NCBI GenBank assembly: GCA_963796275.1
Contig: CAWCKY010000003.1
Location: 1,376,001-1,440,000 of the forward strand
DNA length: 64,000 nucleotides
Source: an uncultured Acidobacteriota bacterium
Lineage (GTDB): Bacteria; Acidobacteriota; Blastocatellia; RBC074
Reading direction: 5' to 3'
This document shows, one piece after another, positions 50,258 through 64,000 of the stretch; the first letter of the stretch is position 1; the number at the start of each line of letters is the position of its first letter. Position numbers and translations under genes: made by a program. The notes under the pieces were generated by a model, which saw only the letters and a program-made list of their open reading frames with translations, had not been told where the DNA came from and did no database searches.

Positions 50258-51304
50258 TCATGCTTGAGCCCGCTGGCGCGCCGCCAGTTGCCCGCAGGCC
50301 GCAGAGATATCCAACCCGCGCGGACGGCGAATATAAGCTGGAACATCTTTACCTGCGAGAATCGTCTGAAAACTCAAGATCCGTTCCATGGGAGAGGCAG
50401 CGAAAGGTAGTTCCGGCGCGGGGTTATGTGGAATCAGATTTACCTTGGCGCGAATACCGGCGAGCAGTTTTACCAATCGCCGCGCGTCCTGATCCGAATC
50501 GTTGATGCGGTCGAGCATTACATATTCGAATGTCAATCTCTCACGATCGCCCAGCGGATAATCGCGGCAAGCCGTCATCAGTTCGGCGAGACTGTACTTT
50601 CTGGTGATCGGCATCAAATTTGTTCGCTGCTCTTCCGTCGTCGCTGAAAGCGAGATCGCGAGATGGGGGCGAACCGGCTCACCAGCGAATTGGTAAATTC
50701 GCGGTATTATTCCTGAAGTGGAGACAGTCATCCTTTTGGCACTGATGTCGAGCCCTCTGTCATCAGCCATTATCCGGATCGATTTCAGCACTTCATCGTA
50801 ATTCAGGAAACTTTCACCCATTCCCATAAAGACGAGGTTCGTTCCATGCGGAGGCTTGGTCCCGGCGCCATAAACTTCGTTCAGCACGATGATGACCTGC
50901 GATATGATCTCGCCCGCCGTCATATTTCGTTTGATGCCGAGTTGCGCCGTCATACAGAAAGTACAACCGACGGCACAGCCTACCTGACAACTGAGGCAGA
51001 TGGTGTCTCGACGTTCTTCGGGCATGAAAACGGCTTCAGCCTCAGACCCGTCGCCGAGTTTTAGCAGGTATCGCCGTGTCCCATCGATCGAATGGAAAAC
51101 TTCGGCGATCCGGGTTTCGGTCACGCCCACAGATCCACCTAATTTTTCGCGGAGGGTGAGACCGAGCTCGGTGATTTGGGACAGGTCGGCGATGCGGCGC
51201 GCATAGATCGCATTAAAGATTTGTTTACCGCGGAACGGGGCTTCGCTGGATTCCCGGGCCAACTCGATCAATTCATTTTCAGTTTTGCCCAATAAGAGCC
51301 TCAT
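50258..51304 (-). CDS. rlmN: Dual-specificity RNA methyltransferase RlmN (radical SAM)
   Basis: CAVGCTFC, MGMGE, FEYVML and ISAACGQL. Confidence 0.95.
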   Translation of the reverse strand: MRLLLGKTENELIELARESSEAPFRGKQIFNAIYARRIADLSQITELGLTLREKLGGSVGVTETRIAEVFHSIDGTRRYLLKLGDGSEAEAVFMPEERRDTICLSCQVGCAVGCTFCMTAQLGIKRNMTAGEIISQVIIVLNEVYGAGTKPPHGTNLVFMGMGESFLNYDEVLKSIRIMADDRGLDISAKRMTVSTSGIIPRIYQFAGEPVRPHLAISLSATTEEQRTNLMPITRKYSLAELMTACRDYPLGDRERLTFEYVMLDRINDSDQDARRLVKLLAGIRAKVNLIPHNPAPELPFAASPMERILSFQTILAGKDVPAYIRRPRGLDISAACGQLAARQRAQA

Positions 51305-51396
51305 AAAGAGATTGAAGCAGAATCAACGCAAAGACGCAAAAGGAGGAGAAGGAGACTATGAGAAGCAGTTGATAAACATTTACAAAAGCTTACTTT

Positions 51397-51744
51397 TCAT
51401 TCATCGGCTCTGACCTTCCCTCTGGCCTGTTTACGCTCGCTCTGTTTCGTCTTCTCCTTTTGCCGTTTGAGTTTTGCGGCAACGCTGGGGTTGGTCGGGC
51501 GGCGCGGTTTCCTGACGCGCTGCAACTGCTCGAGACGTTCAGCCATTCGCTCATAAGCTGCCTCACGATTAGCCGTTTGCGAACGCCGCTCGGTTGCGGT
51601 AACGACGATTCCGGTCGGCAGGTGTTTCAACCGCACTCCTGTTTCGACTTTATTGCGATGCTGGCCGCCCGGGCCTCCGGCAACAAAAAATTCTAGTTCG
51701 CAGTCACGTTCGAGCGATTCGCGGTCCCAGGGATGCTTCGTCAT
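51397..51744 (-). CDS. Stand-alone GGQ peptidyl-tRNA hydrolase domain (ArfB-like ribosome rescue factor)
   Basis: GGPGGQHRNK, ERRSQTANR and a basic C-terminal tail. Confidence 0.85.
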   Translation of the reverse strand: MTKHPWDRESLERDCELEFFVAGGPGGQHRNKVETGVRLKHLPTGIVVTATERRSQTANREAAYERMAERLEQLQRVRKPRRPTNPSVAAKLKRQKEKTKQSERKQARGKVRADE

Positions 51745-51843
51745 GTGATCAATCCTCTAACGGGTACTTGCCTTATCCGGGTCTCATAAGCGAAGATGCG
51801 CTCTAACATGCAAACCCCGGAGATATGATGATAGCCTATCTTT

Positions 51844-52596
51844 ATGCCGAAAATCTTAGTAACGAATGATGATGGATATTTCTCTGAAGGAATTATCGCT
51901 CTTACCGCAGCGCTTGAACCTATAGGCGATGTCACCGTTGTAGCCCCCGCGTCAGAACAGAGTGCTACCGCACATTCATTAACGCTCACGCGACCATTGC
52001 GCGTGCGGCGGATCGCCGACCAGCACTATTCGATCGATGGCACACCGACAGATTGCGTGACGCTGGCGCTGACGAAAATTATGTCCGAACGTCCGGATAT
52101 AGTGGTCTCCGGAATCAATCACGGAGCCAATCTGGGCGACGATGTGACCTACTCCGGCACGGTTGCGGGCGCGCTTGAAGCATCAATCTTCAAAATCCCC
52201 GGGGTCGCATTCAGCCTCACTAAGCGCGACGGCGATTTCACCGAAGCGGCGAAATTCGCCGCTGACCTGACCCTTCAGGTCTTGCGAGAGGGATTGCCGG
52301 AAGGCACTATCCTCAACGTCAATATCCCGCCGGGCGAGATTCGCGGTGCAAGGCTCACACATCAGGGTATAAAGGTCGCTCACGTTCATATAGTTGAAGG
52401 CGTCGATCCGCGCGGCCGCGGCTATTATTGGATCGGGGAACAGGAAGTATCATGGCAACTGGACAGCGGGAGCGACTATGAAGCCGTGCATGAGGGATTG
52501 GTATCTATCACACCATTACGAACCGATATGACGGACTATCGGACGCTGGAATCGCTGCGAAGCAGGAATGGATTCAAGTTTGATGGGCGGACTTAA
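51844..52596 (+). CDS. surE: 5'/3'-nucleotidase SurE
   Basis: LVTNDDG, GTPTDCV, SGINHGAN and YSGTV. Confidence 0.96.
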   Translation: MPKILVTNDDGYFSEGIIALTAALEPIGDVTVVAPASEQSATAHSLTLTRPLRVRRIADQHYSIDGTPTDCVTLALTKIMSERPDIVVSGINHGANLGDDVTYSGTVAGALEASIFKIPGVAFSLTKRDGDFTEAAKFAADLTLQVLREGLPEGTILNVNIPPGEIRGARLTHQGIKVAHVHIVEGVDPRGRGYYWIGEQEVSWQLDSGSDYEAVHEGLVSITPLRTDMTDYRTLESLRSRNGFKFDGRT

Positions 52597-53260
52597 CCAT
52601 GAAAATGGCAAGGAATGGAAGGCCTACTCGCGCGAGCGCGAAGAGATGGTCGAGCGTTTGCGCAAACACTACCGTATTCGCGACGAGAGCGTCCTCGCGG
52701 CTATGTCATCGACGCCCAGGCATCTATTCGTGCCCGAAGCGCTGCGGGGGAATGCCTACGTAGATTACGCCCTGCCTATTGAACATGGTCAGACGATTTC
52801 GCAGCCTTTCATCGTCGCCCGCCAGACGGAGTTACTCGAAGCGACGAAGCAGTCGCGTATTCTCGAGATAGGCGCGGGATCGGGGTATCAGACGGCTATT
52901 CTCGCACAGGTTGCGGGGAAGGTATTCGCACTTGAAAGGATCGCCGAACTCGCTCGCAACGCCCAGAACCTCCTACGCGAACTCAAGATATTCAATGCCA
53001 TCATAAAATGTTTTGACGGCACATTCGGTTGGAGCGAATTCGCTCCGTATCATGGTATTCTGGTCGCTGCCGCGGCCCCGGATATTCCGCAGCCTCTCGT
53101 AAATCAACTCACTATTGGCGGTAACCTGGTGATCCCGGTCGGCTCTGAGAAAGAGCAGCGTCTCCTTAGAGTAAAGAAGACGACTGAAGGCACGAAGGTG
53201 GAGGATTTCGGAGGATGCCAGTTCGTCAAGCTGATAGGGAGATTCGGCTGGGAACAATGA
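52568..53260 (+). CDS. pcm: Protein-L-isoaspartate O-methyltransferase
   Basis: PRHLFV, GQTISQP and LEIGAGSGYQ; synteny with surE. Confidence 0.95.
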   Translation: MDSSLMGGLNHENGKEWKAYSREREEMVERLRKHYRIRDESVLAAMSSTPRHLFVPEALRGNAYVDYALPIEHGQTISQPFIVARQTELLEATKQSRILEIGAGSGYQTAILAQVAGKVFALERIAELARNAQNLLRELKIFNAIIKCFDGTFGWSEFAPYHGILVAAAAPDIPQPLVNQLTIGGNLVIPVGSEKEQRLLRVKKTTEGTKVEDFGGCQFVKLIGRFGWEQ

Positions 53261-53370
53261 GCGATAGAAATAACGGAAAGGCCAGTAAAAATAGCGAACT
53301 GCCAGGGGTGAGTAGAGAAGTGCGAGACCAACGAAAATAAGCGAAACTACGAAAGCAGTCGCCATTGCAT

Positions 53371-54015
53371 ATGGACATTATCAATCAATTCATTGACCTC
53401 ATTCTTCATCTAGACAAGCATCTCGTCGAACTCCTTCAACAATACGGCACGTGGACATACGCGATATTGTTTCTGATCATCTTCTGTGAGACGGGATTGG
53501 TTATTACTCCATTCCTGCCAGGAGATTCATTGCTATTTGCGATCGGAACGCTCGCAGCGCAAGGCGGGCTCGATATCTTTTTAACTTTTATCCTGTTGAG
53601 TATTGCCGCGATAATCGGTGATACCGTCAATTACTGGATCGGTTATCACATAGGTCCTAAAGTCTTCGCGAGCGAAACCTCGCGCTGGCTCAACCGCAAG
53701 CACCTGCAGCGCACGCACGAATTTTACGAGAAATACGGCGGCAAGACGATCATCATCGCCCGCTTCATGCCCATCGTCCGCACCTTCGCGCCGTTTGTCG
53801 CAGGCATCGGGAAGATGAGCTACGGCAAGTTTGTTCTTTACAACGTGGTGGGCGGAATCGTCTGGATCGGCGCTTTTTTGATCGCGGGTTACTGGTTCGG
53901 GAATATAGAGATCGTGCGGCAAAATTTCTCGCTCGTCATTATCGCCATAATAATTATTTCGGTCATGCCCGCCGTGATCGAGTATCTGCGCGCCCGCCGC
54001 GCCGCCAGGGTTTGA
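53371..54015 (+). CDS. dedA: DedA family membrane protein
   Basis: [22 protein letters not shown] and [15 protein letters not shown]. Confidence 0.95.
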   Translation: MDIINQFIDLILHLDKHLVELLQQYGTWTYAILFLIIFCETGLVITPFLPGDSLLFAIGTLAAQGGLDIFLTFILLSIAAIIGDTVNYWIGYHIGPKVFASETSRWLNRKHLQRTHEFYEKYGGKTIIIARFMPIVRTFAPFVAGIGKMSYGKFVLYNVVGGIVWIGAFLIAGYWFGNIEIVRQNFSLVIIAIIIISVMPAVIEYLRARRAARV

Positions 54016-54022
54016 CTCCTCA

Positions 54023-54532
54023 TCAGTAGAATAAATATTTACGCCAGGCCGCGTCGCTGCGCCCGAGGTAACGCATGATCTGGCGGTTGACATGCAGACT
54101 GAATGCCTGCGGCCGTTTGATCAGCTTCATGCCCGCTTCATCGGGCTGTGAACTCCCCTTGCGGTTATTACATTTTTTGCAGCAAGCTACGAGATTGTCC
54201 CAGTTCGAACTTCCTCCGCGGGATTTCGGAACGACGTGGTCGAGAGTGAGGTCTGACGGGGAAAATATCTTTCCGCAATACTGGCAGGTGTTATGGTCAC
54301 GCAAAAGGATATTTTTACGCGACAGGCTCTTGCGCTCGAATGGAATGTGAACATATTCCATCAGGCGGATCACCGATGGGATGGGGATCGCGTGGCGCGC
54401 CGAATGATAGAAATGTTCATGACGTTCTTCCGCGCGCGCAATTCCCTTGAGTATAAGCACTATCGCGCGCCGCGTCGTACAAACGTTGATTGGTTCATAG
54501 GTTGAATTAAGGACGAGAACCCTTCCATTCAT
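54023..54532 (-). CDS. HNH endonuclease (McrA-like, stand-alone)
   Basis: [32 protein letters not shown] and [14 protein letters not shown]. Confidence 0.9.
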   Translation of the reverse strand: MNGRVLVLNSTYEPINVCTTRRAIVLILKGIARAEERHEHFYHSARHAIPIPSVIRLMEYVHIPFERKSLSRKNILLRDHNTCQYCGKIFSPSDLTLDHVVPKSRGGSSNWDNLVACCKKCNNRKGSSQPDEAGMKLIKRPQAFSLHVNRQIMRYLGRSDAAWRKYLFY

Positions 54533-54904
54533 CTATATACCCTCATAAATAACAACGCACCGGCGTGATTGCCAGTGCGCGCGTTTATCCGTAACGGACG
54601 TTTGAATTATCAGGTCTTGAATTTCGGCGAAAGTAACTGCATCACAGCGCAAGTCGGAATGCCACATGCGCCGGAAAAGAGAATTTTGAAATTGGGCGTG
54701 CTTAAGCTTTATTGAATAACTGGAGAAGATCGCACCTCGTTAGACTTTGATTGATCTTACTGATCGTTAACTATATCTAAGCAATATCGTTAACCATATC
54801 CTCAGCTCCAAATTTAAGCTCCAAATTTGAGCCCAGTTAACACGAAAGATTATAACACAAGAAGAGTGGCGTGGTAGTTAAGTTGTTAACAGATAAAATT
54901 TTAT

Positions 54905-55942
54905 TTAATTTTGTTCGGACTTGATGATCGCTCTTCTGAGAGAGAGGGGGTTTTCGAAAAGCAGGCCGAGGCCGCGAATGACGGCTCGTTGCGGGCTTTC
55001 CGTAAGTTGCACGCCGAGTTCAGTTTCCTTGGACAATCGTTCATCGAAACCGGCGAGTAGAGACGCTCCGCCGCCGAGTATCATGCCCCGGTCGTAAATA
55101 TCGCCCGAGGCTTCGGGCGGGAGGGCTTCGAGGGCATCCTGAACCGAATTGACGATGCGTGCGACCATAGGTTCGATCGCTTCGTAAATCTCGATGCTGT
55201 TGACGACCGCCATCTCGGGGTTACCGCCGATAGTGCTGCGGCCTTTCACCATGGTGGTCTGTTCGTGATCGAGGGGGACGGCGCAACCGAGCTCGATTTT
55301 GACGCGTTCGGCAGTGCGGGGGCCGACCAGCAGGTTGTGGTTCTGCTTGATCATATCGATCAGGGCTGTATCCATATCATTGCCGCCAACACGAAGTGTA
55401 CGCGTGAAGATGAGGTGGTTATGCACCATCGCCGCGATGGTAGTCGTGCCGGCGCCCACATCGACAACCAGAGTTGCGCGTTGATCGTCGGGACTGATTC
55501 CCGAGCCCAGGATGGCGACTATTCCCTTATTGATGAAATGTACGTTACTGACGTTTGCTTCTTTGGCGGCGTACCGAAGCGCGTAATGTTCGATATCGCT
55601 GGCGTCTGCGGCAACCGAGATCAATACGCGGCGCGAGATAGTGGAGCGCCCGTCTCTCGCTTTGCGGATGTAATGTTCGAGCAATTTTCCGGCGAAAGTA
55701 GAATCGGCGACCACGCCGTCCTGCAGGGGGCTGATGATCTGGATATCCTCGGAAGCTCGCCCTTCGAGTTCGAGAGCTTCGAGTCCGACTGCGACAACCT
55801 CGCGCGTCGGCGTGTCGTAGGCCAGCAATGACGGCTCATTGACGACAATTCCGCGCCCGCGCGCATAGACCCGAGCGCGGGAAGTGCCAAGATCGACAGC
55901 CAGATCATCGGTCATCAGGTTGAGTAATGAGGGCAGTTTCAT
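54905..55942 (-). CDS. Divergent MreB-like actin homolog
   Basis: [44 protein letters not shown] and GGGASL; IEEP replaced by INKG. Confidence 0.88.
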   Translation of the reverse strand: MKLPSLLNLMTDDLAVDLGTSRARVYARGRGIVVNEPSLLAYDTPTREVVAVGLEALELEGRASEDIQIISPLQDGVVADSTFAGKLLEHYIRKARDGRSTISRRVLISVAADASDIEHYALRYAAKEANVSNVHFINKGIVAILGSGISPDDQRATLVVDVGAGTTTIAAMVHNHLIFTRTLRVGGNDMDTALIDMIKQNHNLLVGPRTAERVKIELGCAVPLDHEQTTMVKGRSTIGGNPEMAVVNSIEIYEAIEPMVARIVNSVQDALEALPPEASGDIYDRGMILGGGASLLAGFDERLSKETELGVQLTESPQRAVIRGLGLLFENPLSLRRAIIKSEQN

Positions 55943-56116
55943 GATTTTCTCTCACACCGTTGTCCTGGCGAGTTATCGCATCAGGTTTTTCAACCATTCC
56001 TGACCGCGCTAAAATTTTCGGGGATTGGTTGCGCCAACGATACCAATTCCATGTTACTCAGCCGCGCGTCAGGATAGCAAGCGGTTTTTTTTGCGATCAA
56101 GTTAAAGTTGCTGGTT

Positions 56117-56887
56117 TTATTGGACTATGAGGCTTACCGCGCGCGCCAGGGTCAGCACATTGACGGCCCTAGCCCCACCCTCGAGAAGAGTCTGGGCTGA
56201 TTCATGCGCTGTGCTCGAAGTTGTCATCACGTCATCGATAAGCAGAACCACACGATTTTCGATCGATCGTGGAGCACGGACTCGGAATGCATGGTGAAGC
56301 GAAGCGGAGCGTTCGCGGCCCCCCATACCCGCACGATGCATTTCGGTCTGCTTGACGCGCACCAGGCACGCCGTATCGAGCCGCAGCCCGGTCGAGGATG
56401 CCAGCGCGGATGCGATGATTTCAGATTGATTGTATGTTCGTTCAGCGAAGCGGCTGGGATGCAGCGGCATGGGGATGATCGATTCACTGCTGTGCAGCGC
56501 CGTCGCCGATGCGAAAGTAGCTGCCAGCAATCGGCGCAAGCGATGAGATATCTGGGGATGAGCTTTCAACCAGAGCACACTCTCACGCAGCGCTCCTTCG
56601 TACGGTCCGCACGCGCGCGCGCAGGCGAATGCGCGGTCGTCACAGCGACCGCAGCGTCTGGCGCTGATCGAAACGCTGGCGGGGAGCGGTTGAAGCGGCA
56701 ATCCGCATTTGGCGCAGAAATCTTCCAACCAGCTCGACTCCTCGATCTCTTCCCAGCATTTCGCGCATGCCGGGCCATCGCGCCAGGATTCGATCATTCC
56801 ATCGCAAACGCGGCAGGATGTCGGATAGATCATCGCCAGAGCAGCATCGCGCAGGTTGGCCAAAACGTTTCTCGTAATTGAGCGCAT
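56117..56887 (-). CDS. comF: ComF/GntX family protein (double zinc ribbon plus PRTase domain)
   Basis: Four CxxC motifs, PMPLH, RTYNQS and LIDDVMTT. Confidence 0.88.
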   Translation of the reverse strand: MRSITRNVLANLRDAALAMIYPTSCRVCDGMIESWRDGPACAKCWEEIEESSWLEDFCAKCGLPLQPLPASVSISARRCGRCDDRAFACARACGPYEGALRESVLWLKAHPQISHRLRRLLAATFASATALHSSESIIPMPLHPSRFAERTYNQSEIIASALASSTGLRLDTACLVRVKQTEMHRAGMGGRERSASLHHAFRVRAPRSIENRVVLLIDDVMTTSSTAHESAQTLLEGGARAVNVLTLARAVSLIVQ

Positions 56888-56980
56888 GATGAATAAGTAT
56901 ATCTTTCTATGAATGGCGGAGTGCGGAGGCTCGAGTCATCGCGCTCCCAAAGACCGCTCGGCCTGAACCATTGAATTTCT

Positions 56981-59464
<2,484 letters not shown>

Positions 59465-59585
59465 TACCTGACAGCTCCCAGTAATTCACCTAGGTGAAAT
59501 CGATTCTCGCGAGCTGACCATGCACGGTAGTATGTCCCAGCCGATTTCATGCGCAATCGTCCGCCGCAACTGGGCCAATCCGTGG

Positions 59586-60233
59586 TCACTTATATTTGAT
59601 TTCTATGAGCTCTTGCCGGGTGAATCTTACGGCGATTCGCTCAGCCAGACGGCACGAATAATCGAGCGCGTCGGCCCAGATTCCGTTGATCAATCCAATG
59701 CGAAGCGCTTCATCGGAGCCGATGGCTTCACCCGATACGAGCAATCGCCGCGTTGCGTCGACGCCGATCAACCCAGGCAATCTTTGTGTCCCGCCCCAAC
59801 CGGTTATGATCCCTCGCTTAACGCCCGGATGCTGGAACGACGAGCGTGGTGTGGCATAGCGCAGATCGCAGCTCAGCGCGAGGTCCAAACCGCCACCGAG
59901 ACAGAAGCCGTCTATCGCGGCGATGACGATGGGCGCGGCCCCGTTGAGTTGAGAGAGTACTGTTTGTCCGCGCCTTGAAAATTCATAAGCTGTGGTTGCG
60001 TCGAGCGCCGCTACCTCGTTGAGGTCCGCGCCGACAGAGAAGACCGCGTCGCGTCCGGTGATGATGAGGGTGCGCAGCGAAATATTATCATGCAGGGACT
60101 TAATTATCGACGATAGCTCGTCCAGTATCCCTAGGGTAAGACGGTTGAGCTGCGCAGGACGATTGAGCGTAATAATCGAATAGAATTCGCGTTCAGTCAG
60201 CAGAATGGGTGGGTTGTCGATCCGGTTACTCAC
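59586..60233 (-). CDS. Crotonase/enoyl-CoA hydratase family protein (short, atypical acidic residues)
   Basis: [24 protein letters not shown] and GWGGTQRL. Confidence 0.85.
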   Translation of the reverse strand: MSNRIDNPPILLTEREFYSIITLNRPAQLNRLTLGILDELSSIIKSLHDNISLRTLIITGRDAVFSVGADLNEVAALDATTAYEFSRRGQTVLSQLNGAAPIVIAAIDGFCLGGGLDLALSCDLRYATPRSSFQHPGVKRGIITGWGGTQRLPGLIGVDATRRLLVSGEAIGSDEALRIGLINGIWADALDYSCRLAERIAVRFTRQELIEIKYK

Positions 60234-60630
60234 GCTCCTTCACGTTTTCGCGAATATATTTGATTATGTCTTCGGTCGATGTTCCGGGAAGAAAAACCTC
60301 GCCCACGCCGAACCCTTTCAGTTTCGGTGTGTCATCTTCGGGTATTATTCCACCGCCGAAGAGGATCACATCCACCATGCCTTTTTCGCGCATCAATTCG
60401 AGGACCCGCGGAAAAATGGTCATATGCGCGCCGGATAGGATGGAGAGGCCGATGATATCGACGTCTTCCTGCAGCGCGGCGCTGACGATCTGCTCGGGTG
60501 TTTGACGAAGCCCTGTGTAAATAACTTCCATGCCCGCATCACGAAGTGCGCGAGCGATCACTTTTACCCCGCGATCATGGCCGTCGAGGCCGGGTTTGGC
60601 TAACAGAACTCTGATCTTTGGATCCGGCAT
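60226..60630 (-). CDS. Methylmalonyl-CoA mutase B12-binding small subunit
   Basis: [10 protein letters not shown] (DxHxxG), SILSGAH and GGGIIP. Confidence 0.95.
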   Translation of the reverse strand: MPDPKIRVLLAKPGLDGHDRGVKVIARALRDAGMEVIYTGLRQTPEQIVSAALQEDVDIIGLSILSGAHMTIFPRVLELMREKGMVDVILFGGGIIPEDDTPKLKGFGVGEVFLPGTSTEDIIKYIRENVKERE

Positions 60631-60705
60631 AATCTCAATAATTTTTATTTTTCAGGTTCCGTTAAAATCGCTGAAAACGAAAACCGAAAAGTTTCATCGA
60701 TCATT

Positions 60706-62244
60706 TCATCGATCGTTATCTCTACCGCGACTGGCTGCACCCGTCGATGAAGCCTGGGCTGTTTTCAGCTTGCCTTCAGTATCATAGACATCCACTTTTC
60801 CGAACTGCTCGAGCGTGCCTGCGATAGTCTTCGCATCGCCGACCACGACGATCTGCAGTTTGTTCAGATCCAGATACTTCCGCGCGACGCGCTGCGCTTC
60901 TTCAGGTGTCACTGCCGCGACTCTCTGCGGATAAGTATCCCAGTAGTCGGTTGGTAGTCCATAAAGTTTCCGCGTGATTGCATCCGACAGCATCGATTGC
61001 GGAGATTCGAGCTGCAGAGCCCAACCACCGATGATCGTGCGTTTGGCGCGCTCGAATTCTTCTACGGGAACTTTCTCATCGCGGATACGCTTTATTTCGT
61101 ACATCAACTCGTTCATCGCAGGCTTGAGGACATCCTGCCTGATCTCGGTGTTCGCTCGGAATGTGCCGCGATATTTGTAGGATAAGACGCCGCTATAGGC
61201 GCCGTATGTGTAACTTTTGTCTTCGCGCAAGTTAAGGAAAAGACGCGCGGCCGCGCCGCCTCCGAGCACCTGGTTCATCACCATGAGCGGAAAGTAATCG
61301 GGATCGGTCCGCTCGATGGAGAGCGTGCCGAGCACCACATTCGCCTGGGCGGAATTGGGGCGATCGATCAGGTAAATCCTGCTCGAAGCGGTATCGGTCA
61401 CTTTGGGGATCTCGGTCTTCGGGAAATCGCCCGGTTTCCACGAGGCAAAGGTCTTTTCCAGTTTGGCGATTACCTCAGCCGGTTTGACATCGCCTACGAT
61501 TGCGAAAATCGCGTTGTTGGGCCGGTAGTACGCGGCGTGGAATTTCTGCAGCATCTCCGGCGTTATCTGCTCGATCTCTTTCGCCGCCAGCGCGACGCGG
61601 CTCGCGGGGTGCGAGCCGTACATCACTTTTTGGAACCTCTCGTTTGAGAGGAAGGAAGGTTGCGACCGCTGAAAGCGGATTTGCGCCAGCGCGCGCGCCT
61701 TGAGCTTGTTGAGCTCATCCGCAGGGAAGGCCGGATTGAGAATGACGTCGGCGAAGAGCGCCAGTGTTTGATCGAAGTTGTCGGTCAGCCCCGATGCGGA
61801 AATATTGCTGGTGAGCGAGGAGTAGCTTGAGCTGGCGGAGAGCGAGGCTCCGAGCGTGTCCGTATCCTCGGCTATCTGTTTGCTCGTGCGCGTCTTCGTC
61901 CCTTCGCGCAACATCGATGCGACATACTGAGCGACGCCCGGCTCGCCCGCCGGATCGGCCAGGCCGCCGCTCAGAATTACCATCTGCATACTGAATGTAG
62001 GCAATTTGTGGTCTTCGAGGATCAGCACCTGCATGCCATTGCGGAGCTTCGTCTCATATGGCTTGGGCAATTTGACTTTGAGGACATCCTTGTTGACGGG
62101 AGCCTTGCCCTTGATTACTGCGCCCTTCATCGACGGGCGCTCTGGTTCCCCTCCCGGCGTTTGCGCCGAAGATGCCGGGGCTAGCGTGAGGCCCAGGAAC
62201 ACGGTCACCAGGATGCGAGAGATGATGGCTATTTGCTTACTCAT
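60706..62244 (-). CDS. M16 peptidase, non-catalytic partner subunit
   Basis: LRNGM, ARLFLNLREDKSYTY; HxxEH replaced by QYVAS. Confidence 0.88.
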   Translation of the reverse strand: MSKQIAIISRILVTVFLGLTLAPASSAQTPGGEPERPSMKGAVIKGKAPVNKDVLKVKLPKPYETKLRNGMQVLILEDHKLPTFSMQMVILSGGLADPAGEPGVAQYVASMLREGTKTRTSKQIAEDTDTLGASLSASSSYSSLTSNISASGLTDNFDQTLALFADVILNPAFPADELNKLKARALAQIRFQRSQPSFLSNERFQKVMYGSHPASRVALAAKEIEQITPEMLQKFHAAYYRPNNAIFAIVGDVKPAEVIAKLEKTFASWKPGDFPKTEIPKVTDTASSRIYLIDRPNSAQANVVLGTLSIERTDPDYFPLMVMNQVLGGGAAARLFLNLREDKSYTYGAYSGVLSYKYRGTFRANTEIRQDVLKPAMNELMYEIKRIRDEKVPVEEFERAKRTIIGGWALQLESPQSMLSDAITRKLYGLPTDYWDTYPQRVAAVTPEEAQRVARKYLDLNKLQIVVVGDAKTIAGTLEQFGKVDVYDTEGKLKTAQASSTGAASRGRDNDR

Positions 62245-63626
62245 TTTTCTGTCTCCTTCTCCTTTGGAATGGCGATGCCCACTGTGCGTTTCGCCGGTTG
62301 GAGATATTTCTGTGCGACGCGCTGCACATCTTCTTTAGTGACGGCCATAATACCCGCGAGACGCGTGTTGGCGTAATTCGGGTCATTCCAGGCGACGGCG
62401 CCTTCTGTGATATTGATGGCCAGGCCGAGCGAACTCTGGCGCGATGAGATGGCGGTGCGCCGGGCGAACTGCTTCGCCTTGTCGAGCTCCCAATCGGCGA
62501 TCTGCTCTTTCTGCAGCTTCTCGATCTCCTCATAAATCGCGGCTTCAACATCTTCGACCTTTTGTTTGGGCGCAACGGTCGAGATGATCTGGAAGGCGCC
62601 TGGTCCGCGCCTGACGCTCGCAAAGCTGCCCGCTGAAAGGGCCAGCTGTTTTTCTTTGACCAGTTTTTGATAGAGCCGTGAGCTGGTCCCGCTACCGAGC
62701 ACAGTGGAGAGCACCTGCAGGGCATAGACATCCGGCGGATTGCCCGCATAGCCTTTATATCCGATCCTGATCAATGGCAACTGCGCGAGCTGATCATCAA
62801 CCGTGAAACGGCGCTCCGACTTCTGCTCGGGTTCATTGATATCGACCTGAGGAGGTGATGGCTGCGATGGAATCGATTCGAAATAGTATTTGATTCGGGC
62901 CAGAGCCTGGTCGGCCTTGAAATCGCCGACCAGAGCCAGCGTCGCGTTGTTCGGCGCGTAATAGATGCGGAAGAAATCCCGCACGTCTTCGATGCTCGCC
63001 GCATTGAGGTCCTCCATCGAGCCGATGACCGAATGCTTGTACGCGAAATTGTCATAGATCGTCTCATCGAACTGCTCTTCCATCTTCCCATATGGTTGGT
63101 TGTCGACGCCGAGACGCCGCTCTTCCTGAACGGCGTGACGCTGGTTGTCGAGATTCGTTTTCGTGATGTCGAGGCCGCGCATGCGATCGGCTTCGAGAAA
63201 GAGCAGGAGATCCAGCTGATTGTTGGGCAGCGTCTCGAAGTAGAGAGTGCGCTCTTCATTGGTGGTGCCGTTCATCTCACCGCCGTTTGTCTCGATCGCT
63301 ATGAAATGCTCGCTCTTGCCCACGTTCTCCGAACCCTGGAACATCATGTGTTCGAAGAGGTGCGCGAATCCGGTGCGGCCCTTTCGCTCATCGCGCGAGC
63401 CCGCGTCATAGATCAGCGCGAGGGAGATGACGGGCGCGCTGTGATCCTCGACGAGAAAGACGCGCAGGCCATTCTTGAGTTTCACTTCTTTAAATTCGAC
63501 TCGGGGGATGCTCGCTGGAGATTTGCCAGTCGATGGCTGCTCTTTGCTCTGCGAGAACGTGATCCCCGACAGCGCGAGCGCAAACACGAAAAGCGCGAGC
63601 GAGATTCTGCTGAAATGCTTCATCAT
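62241..63626 (-). CDS. M16 (pitrilysin family) zinc peptidase, catalytic subunit
   Basis: GFAHLFEHMMF, NGTT, VQEERR and YYAPNNA; signal peptide. Confidence 0.93.
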   Translation of the reverse strand: MMKHFSRISLALFVFALALSGITFSQSKEQPSTGKSPASIPRVEFKEVKLKNGLRVFLVEDHSAPVISLALIYDAGSRDERKGRTGFAHLFEHMMFQGSENVGKSEHFIAIETNGGEMNGTTNEERTLYFETLPNNQLDLLLFLEADRMRGLDITKTNLDNQRHAVQEERRLGVDNQPYGKMEEQFDETIYDNFAYKHSVIGSMEDLNAASIEDVRDFFRIYYAPNNATLALVGDFKADQALARIKYYFESIPSQPSPPQVDINEPEQKSERRFTVDDQLAQLPLIRIGYKGYAGNPPDVYALQVLSTVLGSGTSSRLYQKLVKEKQLALSAGSFASVRRGPGAFQIISTVAPKQKVEDVEAAIYEEIEKLQKEQIADWELDKAKQFARRTAISSRQSSLGLAINITEGAVAWNDPNYANTRLAGIMAVTKEDVQRVAQKYLQPAKRTVGIAIPKEKETEK

Positions 63627-63682
63627 ATTACTCCTCGATAACTGGTATTCAGGTGCCGGTACTGATAAACGATGATTGCCTA

Positions 63683-64000
<318 letters not shown>

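Noticed and set aside
54023-54532. HNH gene as a mobile element or defence system
   Set aside because: Stand-alone member of a widespread family; no methylase, terminal repeats or partner genes seen
54648-54664. Sigma54 promoter for the HNH gene (TGGCAT..TTGC)
   Set aside because: The GG-to-GC spacing is one base too long
60706-62244. Inactive M16 subunit as a novel pseudoenzyme
   Set aside because: Active/inactive M16B heterodimers are well established

Overview
A gene-dense bacterial chromosomal segment. The gene content (fused LptC/LptA, BlaI plus M56-TonB, Ser/Thr kinase-TPR, VWA protein) suggests Acidobacteriota, probably Blastocatellia-like; this is inference. Left part (1-21 kb): secreted hydrolases (C-N hydrolase, PIG-L deacetylase, M43 protease, Ntn acylase), a 2Fe-2S protein divergent from an amidohydrolase, and a PQQ dehydrogenase - cytochrome c - ECF sigma - anti-sigma cluster. 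Middle and right: tatAC, aroB, speA plus a DHS-like gene, GMC oxidoreductase, blaI/M56-TonB, lptC/A-lptB-rpoN-hpf-rapZ-PTS, nadB, rlmN, surE-pcm-dedA, an mreB paralog, comF, a kinase, an M16 peptidase pair and a split methylmalonyl-CoA mutase. No tRNA, rRNA, CRISPR array, integrase or transposase was recognised. Most notable: (1) an anti-sigma factor with a periplasmic CxxCH heme motif encoded behind a PQQ dehydrogenase and cytochrome c, a candidate redox-sensing ECF circuit; (2) a perfect sigma54 promoter driving an ORF-less, terminator-bounded ~125-nt structured RNA; (3) three intact genes that have lost catalytic residues (DHS-like, MreB-like, M3-like); (4) many palindromic intergenic repeats; (5) three single-base frameshifts in the first 7 kb, probably assembly errors. 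All family assignments come from motif recognition by eye; no database searches were run.
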